Positions 41,161 to 53,930 of a stretch of DNA of 64,000 bases are shown one piece after another. How positions within the stretch are numbered: position 1 is the stretch's first letter; the number at the start of each line of letters is the position of its first letter. The stretch comes from the human T2T-CHM13v2.0 reference genome, Homo sapiens. The notes beneath the pieces were generated by a model. That model had not been told where the DNA came from. It ran no database searches and saw nothing but the letters and a program-made list of their open reading frames with translations. Position numbers and translations under genes: made by a program. Where the stretch lies: the NCBI GenBank assembly GCA_009914755.4, contig CP068257.2, positions 9,888,001 through 9,952,000 of the forward strand. Reading direction: 5' to 3'.

Positions 41161-44100
41161 ATCAAGTATGATCTTTCTCTCCTCAAAAACCCCCTCATAT
41201 GTTTAGACCTCCCATGCACTTTTATACGTTTTGTCTCATGGTTTCTTCCTGTACAAATAAGGTGCTATAAATGGATAGCTATAGTTTTGGGTTTCATTTC
41301 AACAAAACACCCTTCCTAGTTTTTTGAACCCCAAGCAAAATATGAGGACAGGCCCCACCTTCCATTACAAAAGCTGAAAGGGAGTGCATGATCCTTTTTC
41401 CAGTTTCTTGGCCACTCACGTGTGGGCACATATCTAGGCCCAGCCAACTGATGGCTCTTTATTAGAACTTGGAACCCGATGAAATGATGCAAAAGACCTG
41501 AAAGAATCAGAGATGATTCTGAGAAATTGAGCAGAGATGCAGGTCCAGGAATATGGCAGCAAATGCCTAGGTTCAGCAGAGCCCAGCTACATGGTGACAA
41601 GTGTCAAATGACAACATCCTAGTGGTGGCATCCCAAGATCTGCTTTCGTCGAATGAACTTGGCTGTGCTGACTTTCCCTCAGTTTTTACTTTGCTTCTCC
41701 AGCATCTTCAATGATTTTGTGAACTATTCAATATCCTTTCATTGAATTCCTGTTTTGCTTAAGTTGTCTAGAATTTGTTATTTTCAGTGAAAAATATAAA
41801 CCAATTATGTCCTCACATTAAAACACACTCCACTTAGGCATCTCCTCTGATCTCACTGGAGAAAAGTGTGGGCGTTATTTGTAATTTGACTCAGAATCAT
41901 AGGATTAGTTTGGTACTAGTAACAATGGAGATAAGTAACTAACTTTTTGTGAAACTTCTTCCTGGGGTGAAACAAAATCTATTGTGGAAACTCTTTCCAA
42001 TTATCTCTGGAAATTTATTAAGTGACTTAGTATATAATGATAATTTACCATGATATTTGATAAAATAGTTTTGTGTGTTCAGAATAATTTCTTTTTTCTT
42101 TACCTTTAAAGTAATGCATTGATAGTTAATTTTCTCCTAAATTGTCTGTTTTTATTTCCATAAAAGGTATTTATTGAATGTCTCCTTACTTTTAATATAA
42201 CTAGGCATTGTGTGATCAAAGTAAAATAAATATGTTCTTGTTTCTGGAATTACTAAAGCTTTGAAAATTGACTTATCGACCTCAAACCAATGGGACATAT
42301 TCCTATGTGGTCTACTCCTCTGTTAGGGTTCCCAGGGTAAGTGGTGATTCCTTTTCTGTCTTTTTAAAGATTTTAGAAATGCAGTTTCTGATGTGGCCCA
42401 CTAGGCGGAGTACTTCAGAGCAGTGTTTGTGGGAGTACAAAGCTAACTTCTGCTGCTTTTGCTTGATGCTTCTGCAGCTTCCTTGACTACTGTGGATGAT
42501 AAGTAATCATTTTCTTCCTCTTCTTTATTTTTCCCCCTCCCTCTTTGGAGTGAACGTGAAACATTTAGGAAGTTTGTTGATCAACATGTACAGTGTTTAT
42601 GAAAATCCGGCTAAGATAATATGGTAGTACTCCTTTGGTTATAAATAATAGAATTCAAACTCAAACTGGTCTAAGCCAAAAAAAATATTAATTTGTGGAC
42701 TCGTATAATGGAAAAATCCAGGGTATAGCTTCAGAATGGCTGAACGTAGGGACTCAGGGCTTGGCTCTTCTCCTCTTCCTTGCTTTTTTCTTCCCCATTG
42801 ATTTTATTCTCAGACAAGTTTTCCCTTTGTGCTGCAATGTGGCCATCATCACTCCTGCAGTGTACATTTCCTTAGTTCCACTGCCCCAGAATAAAGCAAA
42901 AACAGAAACACTTCTAATAGTTTCAATAAGAGACTAGAGATTGACTTTGGGTGTGAGGCTTGGATTTCATGTCCATCTCTAGTTTCATCTGTGCCAGGAT
43001 TAGAAGTATATTCATTGGCCAGGCCTGTGTCACGAGCTCATGCAGGGTTTCCACTGCCCACACAGTGCCTTTGCAAGTATTAGAAAATGGCTCCCCTTTC
43101 TCCAGTTAGATGCAGCCCTGTATCGGGGCATGTGGCTTGGAGAAGAGCATGTAGGCTGGATTTCAACCCCCCTTTCTCCCTTAGCTGGGTTTCTTCCTTG
43201 AGTGAACAACATACTTGTTAGTAGCTGTCCTGTGCTTATTCCTGAAACTGGGGGTGAAATCAGCCCCCACGCCAAAACTGAAGGACAGAAGGTGGCTTCA
43301 TCTAGGGTATCAGATAATGGCTAATAACAAAGGGAGGGGACAGTGGGTGCTGTGTGGGCAAAAGGAGCAAAAAATAATCCTAACCTGTCTAGACTTCATC
43401 TCAGAAGCCATATGCAACCTTCTTCAATGGAAATATTTGACACTTCAGGATTGCCAAGAAGGCTATAAGGAGCATATCTCTTAAGAACATAAGTTAGGGC
43501 ATTCTAGAATGTATGCTTTATGGATTTACCTTGTAAATATATAGCATTGACTAATACACACAGAAAATATATTGTAGAGTAACATAGATGACAGAAGTTG
43601 AAATACATGACATTCTACTGCAGTCTATCATTATTTTCTAACTTATCAAAATACTCAGAGGATCTTTTTTTTTCATATTGATAAATTTCTAACCAGAGCC
43701 CTATTTACTCGTGTCTTGAAAAACAGAGTATTTGCGTATATGTCTGAAGAGGGAAGAAAAAGAAAATGATTCCAAAAAAGCTGATAACATTAATACAGCT
43801 TTCTATAGAAGATGTACATTTGCAACCACAAATTCAAAACTTATAGGAGATGCACAAAATGTGAAGAAAAATAAATGAAACCAAACCACTACAAGAAATA
43901 ACCAAACTAAGAAGACAGCAAGAGAGGAAAAAAAAAAAAAGAACTGCAAAACATATGAAAAACAATTAACAAAATGCAAGTTACTCCTTACCTATCAACA
44001 ATGACTTTAAATGTGAAAGGATTAAACTATCTAATTAAAAGACATAGAGTGGCACAATGCATAAAAGATATTCATCAGTACATATTTATAAGGGAGTCAC

Positions 44101-46059
44101 TTTAGATATAAAGATACATAGAGGCTCAAAGTGAAGGGATGGGAAAAGATACTCTACGCAAATGGTAACCAAAAAAGAGCAAGGGTATCTATACTTAGAT
44201 CAGAAAAAATAGACTTGAAATAAAAAACTGTCATTAGAGACTAAGAAGGTCACTATATAATGATAAAAGTTCAGTTCAAAGGGAAGATTGTAAATATATA
44301 TCCAGTCAACATTAGAACACCTAAATATATAAAGTTAATATCAGCAAAGCTAAGGGGAGAAATCAGTAACACTAAAATAATAGTAGCCAACTTCAGTACC
44401 CCAAATTCAATAATAGATAGAACATCTAGGCAGGAATAAAAAAAGAGGAAACAGCTGACTTGAACAACACTGTAGATTCAACACTGACATATACAGAACT
44501 TTCCATCCAACAGCAGCAGAATATACATTCTTCTCAAGTGCACTCAGAATATTCTCTGAGATAGATCAAATCTTAGGTCACAAGGCATCCTACAAATTTA
44601 AGAAGTTTAATATAATGCCAAGTATCTTCTCAGACCACAATGGAATAAAATTAGAAGTCAATAACAAAGACAACAGAAACATTTACAAAAATGCAGAAAC
44701 TAAACAACACACTCTTGAACCACCATTGGGTAAAAGAAGAAATCAAAAGGGAATTTTAAAAATATCTTGAGACAAACAAAAATGAACATACAACTCCACA
44801 AAACTACAGGATGCAGCAAAAGAAGTGTTAAGGGGGAAATGTTACAGTGATAAATACCTACATTAAAAAATAAGAAAGATCTCACTCGAACAACCTAACT
44901 TTACAAATAAACAATTAGAAAAAGAAAAACTAACTAAACCCAAAGTTGGCATAATGAAGTAAATAATAAAGATTAGAATGTAAATAAAATAACTATAAAA
45001 TAAAAAACAATAGAAAAATCAACAAAGCTAGAGTTGAATTTTTGGTAATACAAACAAAAATAACAAACCCTTAGCTACACTAAGAAAAAAAGAGAAACTC
45101 AAGTAAATATAATCAGAAATGAAAATGGAGACATTATATCAAATGTACAGGAATACAAATGATTATAAAGGACAATTAAGCAATTATATGCCAATAAATT
45201 GGATAACCTAGAAGAAATGGATAAATTCTTAGAAATATGTAATCTACCAAGGTGGAACAAAAAATAAATAGAGCAGACCAAAAGCAAGCAAAGAGATTTA
45301 ACCAGTAATCAAAAATTCCCAGCAAAGAAAAGCCCAGGTGCAGATGTTTTCATGGGCAACTTCTACCAATATTCAAAGAAGAACTAATACAAAAATTTCT
45401 AAAACTTTTCAGAAAAAATAGAAGAGAGAATACTCTCAAACTCATTTCATGAGGCCGATGTTACCATGACTTAAAAGCTAGACGAAGAGAACACAAGAAA
45501 AAATAATTACAGACCAGTATCCTTAATGAATATAGATGCAAGAATTCTCAATAAAATACAAACTAGCAAACTGAATTCAAAAGCACATTGAAAAGGTCAT
45601 ACACCATGACCAATTGGAATTTATCTATGGGATACAAGGATGCTTCAATGTGTAAAAATTAATAATGTGATATACCACATTAACAGAATGAAAGACAAAA
45701 ATAACATTCCAATAGATGCAGAAAACACATTTGACAAAATTCAATATACTTTCATGATAAAACTCTCAGCAAAATAAGTATACAAGAAACTTACTTCAAC
45801 ACTATAAAGCCTGTATATGAAAAACCTATATCTAATATTATAATCAATGGGGAAAAGCTGAAAGCTTTTTATTTAATATCTGGAACAAGACAAGGATGTC
45901 TATTCTCATCACTCCTATTCACCATAGTACTGGAAGTCCTAGCCAGAGCAATCAGGCAAGAGAAATAAAAGGCATCAAAATTGAAAGGAAAGATGTAGTT
46001 ACCTCTGTTAACAGAAGACATGATTATTATACATTGAAAACTCTAAAGACTCCACAGAA

Positions 46060-46290
46060 AATGGTTAGAAATAATAGTCAGTCTTTCATATCTGCTGGGG
46101 ATTTGTTTCAGGAACCCCTCAGATAACAAAATCTGTGATGATCAATTCCCTCACATAAAATCGTGTACAGCTGGCCCTATGTATCCATGGGTCAACATCT
46201 GTGGATTCAAACCACCACAGATGGAAAATATGTACAAGTTAGGTTCATGGTTGATTGAGTTCATGGTTGCAGAACCCATTGATATGAAGG
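46060..46290. mobile_element. MER2/Tigger2-like DNA-transposon fragment (terminal-inverted-repeat regions) nested in the L1 ORF2
   Basis: cagtctttcatatctgctggggatttgtttcaggaacccctcagataacaaaatctgtgatgatcaattccctcacataaaatcgtgta… resembles the MER2 terminus (cagtcgtccctcggtatccgtgggggattggttccaggacccccgcggataccaaaatccgcggatgctcaagtccc…). …tatccatgggtcaacatctgtggattcaaaccaccacagatggaaaatatg resembles the other terminus. It interrupts an otherwise continuous L1 ORF2 reading frame. Confidence 0.5.
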
Positions 46291-47587
46291 ACTGACTATA
46301 TAATAAATTTACTAAAGTTGTAGGATACACAATTGACATACAAAAATCACTGCTATTTCTAAACACTAACAATGAATTGTCTGAAAGGGAAATTTAAAAA
46401 ACAGTATCAAATAAACTACTTTGGAACTAACTAACCAAAGAAGTGGAAGACTTAAACACTACAAATTATAAAAGATTGATGACAGAAATTGAAACCAAAG
46501 TAAATTGAAAGACAACCCATGGATTGAAAGAGTTAGTACTGTATTATTAAAGTGTCCATATTACTCAAAACAATCTACACATTTAATGTAATCCATATCA
46601 AAATCCCAATGGTATCTCCAACAGAAATAGAAAAAAAATCCCAAAATTCATATAGAATCACAAAAATCCCTGAGTGGCTGAAGCTATTTTGAGCAAGAAC
46701 AAAGCTACAGGTATCACACTTCCTGACTTCAGATTAAATTACAAAGCTGTAGAAAGAAAAACACTGTGGTATTGGCATAAAAACAGACACATAAACCAGT
46801 GAAACAAAATAGAGAACCTAGGCATAACCCACACATTTGCAGCAATTGATCACCCTGGAAGGTGACAAGGAGACACTATATGCAGAAGATATGCTCTTGA
46901 CCAAATGGTGTTAGGAAAGCTGGATGTCTACATGTAAAAGAATGAAATCGGATCCCTAGCTCACGCCTTATGTAAAAATTAACTCAAAATGGATTAAACG
47001 TTTAAATGTAATCACTGAAACAAAACTCCTGGAAGAAGACAGGAGAAAACATTCTTGACATTGGTCTTGGCAATAATTTGTTTAGATATGATGCCAAAAG
47101 CACAGACAAGAAAGGCAAAATAGACAAATGAAATACATCGAATTAAAATGCTTTTGCACAGCAAAGAAAACTAATGAAATGATAAGGCAACCTATGAAAT
47201 GGGGAAAATGTTTGTAAACCATATCTCTTATAAGGAGTTCAAAAAATAAGAAGGATACATACACATCAATTCCAAAATTATGAATAACCTAATTTTATTT
47301 TAAGGCAAAGAACCTAAATAAATACATCTCCAGAGAAGAAATTCAAATGGCTAACAGGTGTAAGAAAATGTGCTCAACATCTCTAAACTTCAGAGTAATG
47401 CAAATCAAAACCAAAATGAGATATCATGTCACACCTGTTAAAATGGCTATTATCAAAAAGAGAAAAGATAAGTGTTGGTAAGAATGTGAAGAAAAGGAAA
47501 CCATTATACACTATTGATGGGAATGCAAATTAGTAAAACACAGAAAACAGTATTGAGGTTCCTCCAAAAAAAATTGAAAATAGCACT

Positions 47588-47868
47588 GGCCTGGTGTGAT
47601 GGCTCACACCTGTAATCCCAGGATTTGGGGAAGCCAAGGCAGGAGGCGAGGAGCTCCAGACCAGCCTGGGTAACATAGCAAGACGCCATCTCAGAAATAA
47701 AATTAGCCAGACATGGTGTTGTACACCTGTAGTCCCAGCTACTCAGGAGGCTGAGGTAGGAGGATCGCTTGAGCCCAGGAGATCAAGGCTGCAGTGAGCT
47801 ATGATCTTGCCACTGGACTTTACCCTGGATAGCAGAGTGAGACCCAGTTTCAAAAATGGAAAAAAGAA
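47588..47868 (+). mobile_element. Alu SINE nested in the L1
   Basis: ggcctggtgtgatggctcacacctgtaatcccaggatttggggaagccaaggcaggaggcgaggagctccagaccagcctgggtaacatagcaagacgccatctc…. Confidence 0.9.
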
Positions 47869-48714
47869 CTACCACATAATCCAACAATTTCACTTCTGGA
47901 TATATGTCCAGTGAAATTGACATAAGAGTCTTAGAGAGGTGTCTGTCATCCTCTGTTCATTGCGGCATGACACACAATGACCAAAATGGGAAAATAACCT
48001 AAAGGTCCTTTGGCAGAGGAACAGATGAATGGGTAAAGAAAATGTGACGTGTATACATAAAATGAAACATTATACACCCTTAAAAAAGAAGGAAATCCTT
48101 CTATTTGTGAAAACATTGATGGAGATGGAAGATATTGCTCCAAGCAAAAATGCAAGACACAGAGACAAATACTTCATGATCTCACTTACATGTGGAATCT
48201 ACGACTGTCAAATTCATAAAAACAGAGAATAAGACAGTGGTTGCCAGGGGCTCAGGGAGGGGAAATGGGGTGATGTTAATTAAATTGTGCAATGTTCAAG
48301 TTATTATAATTTCTGGAGATATAATGTACAAAGTGGAACAACACTGTATCATATTGTGTTCTGCTAAAGGACTAGATCATAAATTAATTACTGTCAACAG
48401 ACACACAATGGTAAATATGTAGAGATAATATGATAATTTGCTTGATTGTGGTGATCGTTTCAAAAAGTATAGAAATATCAAAACATTAAGTTACCTTAAA
48501 TTTACACAATTTGTATATGTCATGTTATCATGATAAAGCTGTTAAGAAAGATTTAGTAAATCATGTCTACAACCTGGGAACTTTCTCATGACAGGGAAGG
48601 CTGGAGTAGGAAAATGGAATTTTGCAACAAGGATAGGGTGAGGGACATGGGGAAATTATTGATCAAGTATTTAAGAAATGACCTGGGTGGAAGCTACAAC
48701 AAAGGGTATGAGAT

Positions 48715-49100
48715 TTAGCTCATCAGTCCTCAAATTTTTGGTTTCAGGAACACTTCACATTTTTAAAAGTTATTGAGGACCCCAAAGAGCTTTTATTTAT
48801 TTGGATTATGTCTATCTATATTTATCATAGTAGACATTAAAGCTGAGAAATTAAAAAAATATATACTTATATGTTTACATAAATCACATTTTTATTTAAA
48901 ATTATCATTTTTAAGCATTAAAGTTTGTGAGAACAGTGACATTGTTTTATATTTTTAGGTGTGTCTTTAATGTCTGGTTTAATAGAAGAAAACTTGTTCT
49001 CCTTTCTACTTCTACATTTAATTTCTTTTGACATCACATGTCAGGTAGCCTCTGGGAAACTCCAATTATACTTGAGAGACAAGGAAAGTGGAAAAGGTAA
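48715..49100 (+). mobile_element. hAT-Charlie element (MER5/Charlie1-like 5' portion)
   Basis: …cagtcctcaaatttttggtttcaggaacacttcacatttttaaaagttattgaggaccccaaagagcttttatttat…attaaagctgagaaatt… matches MER5's hallmark cagtggttctcaaacttt…ttattgaggaccccaaagagctttt. Downstream gtgagaacagtgacattgttttatatttttaggtgtgtctttaatgtctggtttaatagaag matches Charlie internal sequence. Confidence 0.6.
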
Positions 49101-49597
49101 ACAAAACCTGTGTATTTTTATGAAAAGACTTTTGATCTTGCAGAGACCCTGGAAGGGACTCAGGGACTTCTCAGGGTTCTCTGGATCATGTGTTCACAGA
49201 GTAGAGGGTAAGTCTGCAAGAGAAAGCAGTGATTGGGTGTGGGAGGTCTTGCTGAGAGGTGGTAGAGAAGAGGTTGGATGTGGAGAAAGTATGGTCCTTG
49301 TTTTCATTTCTTTTCCCTTTCCTTTGGCCTCTTGTTGCTGGGATTTTCTCTTTAGATGATCGTATCATAAATTAGAAATAGCATTAATGAACATTCTTGA
49401 TACTGCCTAATGAAAGTTTTTGTTTTGTCTTTCTGAGTCTTGATACATTTCAAGAAGTCTTCTATCTCATTTATTGTTCCCACCCAAATTTGGAATTTAG
49501 GAAGAGTCGATATAGCTATATTTAGATTATTTATCTCTCTGAAGACATTTTGGGATCATTTATAAATCTCTATAAACAATGCTCTGATGTCCCTTTA

Positions 49598-49900
49598 TTT
49601 TGTTTAGAGACTGGGTCTTGCCGTGTTGTCTGGAGTGGAGTGGCTAGATCGTACCTCACAATACACAATACAATCAAACTCCTGAGCTCAATGTTATCCT
49701 TCCACTCAGCCTCCACAGCAGCTAAGTCTGCAGGTGTGTGCCAGCACGCCTAGCTTTGGATTACTATTATTATTTTTGTAAAAATGGGGGTTTCATTATG
49801 CTGCCCAGGCTGGTCTTCCAACTCCTGGCCTCAAGCAATCCTCCTGCCTTCCACCGTCTGAGGAGCTGAGATTACATGTGTAAGCCACCATGCTGGTCCT
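49598..49900 (-). mobile_element. Alu SINE (antisense, diverged)
   Basis: tttgtttagagactgggtcttgccgtgttgtctggagtggagtggctagatcgtacctcac…gctgcccaggctggtcttccaactcctggcctcaagcaatcctcctgccttccacc…. Confidence 0.85.
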
Positions 49901-49963
49901 GATGTCATTTAAGTACAAACATGATACTATATTCCTTGTAGAAAGTGCCACATAAATATACTC

Positions 49964-50250
49964 TTTTTGAAATAGGGTCTTGCTGTGTCACCCGGGCTGG
50001 AATGCAGTGGTATGATCACAGTCACTGCAGCCTTGACCTCCTGGGCTTAAGCGATCCTCCCACCTCAGCCTTACAAGAAGCTGGGACCTGAGGTATGAGC
50101 CACCAAGCCCAGCAAATTTTTCAATTTTTGGTAAAGATCGGCGTGTCACTGTGTTGCCTAGGCTGGTCTTGAACTCTTGGGCTCAAGTTACCCTCCGCCC
50201 AAGTCTCCCAAAGTGCTGGGATTACAGGCCTGAACCACCGCACCGGGTCC
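49964..50250 (-). mobile_element. Alu SINE (antisense), in tandem with the previous Alu
   Basis: tttttgaaatagggtcttgctgtgtcacccgggctggaatgcagtggtatgatcacagtcactgcagcc…ctcccaaagtgctgggattacaggcctgaaccaccgcaccgggtcc. Confidence 0.9.
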
Positions 50251-53200
50251 TAAAAATTCATTCACTTTCTTTGTTTGTCCACAGGATGCTGCTGTTTCCT
50301 TTCTAATAACATGAGACAGCTCACTCAAGAACATCAAGAACATGACATTCTCTAAAAAAAAATCACAGTAGTTCCTTTTCCATAACTATGAAGTTTTCAA
50401 GGTGTTATCAGGTTTATTTCATAGAAAGAATGTGTAAAATTTTTCATGTAGAAACATAATCTTTTAGCAATGAGTTAGTTAAAAAATTTGGCATTGTCAG
50501 AATGAAGATTTCCTTTTCCCTATAATTTTATTTATTATAATTATATTTTTAATAATATCAATTGCTTTATAAAAACTCATTACATTATATACCCAATGTC
50601 TGTGAAATCGTCTGCTTTGAAGCACAGTGAAATAATCAATCAGCATACTGGGTCTAACACGGTTCCTTCCATTTTAAGAAAGCTATTTACACTCCAATTT
50701 GCAAGTTGGACTTTACAAAAATTAAAGCATTTATAAAATATACTAACTATGATTGTTTTAAAAAGTAATGTTTTTTTTATGGTAAGGAAATAAATTGAAG
50801 CTCTGTGTTGGAAAATGCAGAAAACAAATCAGCATTCTTTATAAATAGATTTTGCTGCTGGTTTAGAAATTACCTAATGTGCTTTATAGATGTTGGAAAA
50901 TGAAATCAGCTGCAGTTAGCAGTGTGCATACATCGTATTTGCTGTGTCACTTTCAGAAAGGTTATGGAATATTGGCAGGTCAGGATTCTCAAAATGAGAA
51001 GTTCTAAGAAGAGGCTAAATGAAAAAGAATTTTGAAAGCAAACCTAGTTGTTTAATATAAACATGGACGAGTTATGGGGAAATCCTGGACTGGGAGCTAG
51101 CAGATCTATGTTCTGACTTTTACTAAGTCATTGGCTGCTACAGCAGGCCAAGCAGACATAACTGCCAAAGCTGCCTGGGAGTTGGGTTGATTGGCAATTG
51201 GCACAGGGAGAGAGGACAATTGCCAGAGTAATGGCCAAATATTCAGGGTTTCATGTTCAGTGAAGCAGAACGTGCATTTGTATCCCAAGGGCAAAACTGA
51301 CGCTAGAATCTGGGCCTCCTGGCTGAATCTGAGTCCACAGTTTGATGAGTAGGATGAAGTAGTCTCAGAAATCCAAGCCAGCCAGAACCCATGAGGTGTG
51401 CTTTGCAGATATTGGCTGGCGAGCTGCATTAAGATGTTTCATTCCATTGAGCAAACATTCCTTGATTGGTTAGGTTAGCATCCCACAAGAGCAGAGACAA
51501 ATTCTTCAGAATTTGTCCATGAGGCTATAGTCCCAGAGCTTATATTTCAAGGGAGGAAACTGCATCTCAGGATGGTAGGTGATTACAGCTAAACCGAATT
51601 CTGAAAATAAAAGGAACCCTATGTCTTTGTCTGCTCAGGCTGCTTCTACAAACAACTGTAGACTGAGTGGCTTAAACAGCATATACTTGTTTCTCACAGT
51701 TGTGGGAATTCAAAGATTAAAATCTGGGCCAGCAGAGCCAGTGTCTGGTGAAGGCCCTCTTACTGGTTTGCAGGTGTTCTTGTTGTATCTTCACATGGCT
51801 GAGAGAAGAGGGCTCTAGTCTCCTACTCTTCTTATTAGGATGCTAACCCCACTGTGGGAACTCCATCCTCATCAACACCAAATTACTTCCCAAAGGTCCT
51901 CCTTCTAATGCCATTCTATTGTTAGAGTTTCAACTTGTGCATTTGTTGAAGGAAACATGCAGTGCACAACATCTAATCTAATCAAATCAGTTGTCCCTTG
52001 AATAAAATTCTAGCTCCTATAACAAGACTTAAAATTATGACTTGGTTGTTGCCAAAACTGTCTATCTGGATTTGCTAGAAATCAAACATACTTGAATATT
52101 TCCTCTAAAGATTTTCTCATTCCTACCCTATTGTGTATATTTACAGAATTCTTAAATAATTACATATACAAGGCTTCTATTAGCTCTGACGAGAGCTTCT
52201 ATTAACTTTGACTATTGCAAGCAGTTTTATAGCACTGTAGGTAAAAGCATGTGCTTTGAAATCATATGATAAATTTATTAAATGCTAAGGACTTTATATT
52301 CACTGTTTAATTTTATCATCTTAATAACCTTCATTATTACCTCCATTAAACACTATTTGTTGGCTACTTACATTATTCTGATTTTGCAAATCTAAATTTG
52401 AGAGGCTTTCCCAATGTCACATAAGTTAATAAGTGGCATAGCTAGGGTTTGAATTAAAGTCTACCGGATTCCAAGATCTGTTTACCGTTGTTCTACAATA
52501 TGTACTTTTTAGGTCCCTGAGAATGCTAACAACATTTCTTTTGAAATCTGGATAGCAGCTTTATTAATATGTGATTAGGGCACCATATTTCAGGCAACAA
52601 ATTCTTTGAAATCTTTCATTTCCATAGTGAGATAAGGATCAGTTCTGTGGCATTGTCAGCCAGAAAACATCATTTAGAGACTATCTTGTACAATAAGTAG
52701 AAGACACAGCTGGCGGCCTGCGGAGGACAGAAAGCTCACAGCTTCTGTCCATACCCCTTTCACTTCCTCCTCAAGGAGATGGACCTCTGTGGTTGGTCAA
52801 GCTTAAGGATCTTTTATGTGCCACAGCTAATGGTGAAATCTTCCTAATTCTAGGTGAAGATTAATGGGCAAGTTGGAGAGTTAAGGTAGCTTGTGGCTGC
52901 TCCTTTTAGAAGAAAGTCTGATCATTGCTCTCTTATTTGTGGAACCCCTCTGTTCCCCCAAATGCTTGGTAAGACATGCCTGAAGACCAATCCTGTGTCA
53001 GTAGACTTCATATCTACTCTCTTCTACCAATCACACAACTACAGACAAATAAGAAAAATAAAACAAAGCTCAGACACACTGCCCTGGCACGGAGGCCACT
53101 CTCCAGCTGGCTGCTTTTCTCTACCCTGGCGCCTCCTGGGCATTTGGCTCTTTCTTAGATCAAAGCGAGACATAAGTTTGGGATTAAAGAGAAGTAGGTG

Positions 53201-53779
53201 AAAGGGGTCTCTGGCCTGTTTTGGCATTAGACCAAGTAAATAACAGAGTTCTGGCTTAAGCTCAGCTCTGTAGAGCTTTCTCTGTGTTTGGGGAAAATCT
53301 CCGATAGTAATGAAGTGATATTTTACTGTGCTTCGTTTTCTGTACATATATCTCTTTCTTAGGTATGTTGTGAGGGAGGAGATTCGTTCCCTGGACAAAT
53401 ACCATCTTAATCACCTTCATTACCAACTTTATTTTATTTGCAGAGTTAAAATTTAAATAGACATTCAGGAAACAAGTCTGGTGAGAGAATTATGTTACGA
53501 GGTTAATCTTTCAGCATCTGCCTTAGGGACATTGATTATTTTCCCCCTTGTTTTTCACCAAGCTCCAGGCTTGCAAAAGAATTGTGATGTGGTCTGAGGC
53601 AAACTTACTGATTGGCTAGTGGTAAGTTAAACCATAACCTGTAGGACCGCTGGGAACCACTACTTGTCATCGGCCAGAAATCCATTGTTTGGAGGTGTGC
53701 GCTGGGAAGGCTGTTCATACTTATTGATACATGTTTTGTTCTTGGCATTATGTTAAGTACTGGACACATGCAACAATTT

Positions 53780-53930
53780 GGAATATCGTTACATTCAACC
53801 CTCACAATAGTTTGATGTATATGTTATTAGTCCGGTATTAGAGACGAGTAAACAAGATTAGAGGAAGGGAAGCACACAGCTGAACCACATAGGCGGCACT
53901 GGGATTGGAAGCAGTTCCGTCTCACCCTGG
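53780..53930 (-). mobile_element. Possible MIR fragment
   Basis: …gtattagagacgagtaaacaagattagaggaagggaagcacacagctgaaccacataggcggcactgggattggaagcag vs MIR …acagatgaggaaactgaggctcagagaggttaagtaacttgcccaaggtcacacagctagtaagtggcagagctgggattcgaacccag. Confidence 0.35.

Larger units (their letters stand above)
43690..48560 (+). mobile_element. L1 (ancient L1M-type), inter-ORF region through ORF2 to the 3' end, 5'-truncated, carrying a MER2/Tigger2-like insertion (46060-46290) and an Alu (47588-47868)
   Basis: ORF2-like translation (…LNVKGLNYLIKRHRVAQCIKDIHQ…; …[32 protein letters not shown]…; …ctaaacttcagagtaatgcaaatcaaaaccaaaatgagatatcatgtcacacctgttaaaatggctattatcaaaaag). 3'UTR: …agaataagacagtggttgccaggggctcagggaggggaaatgggg…. 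Confidence 0.85.
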
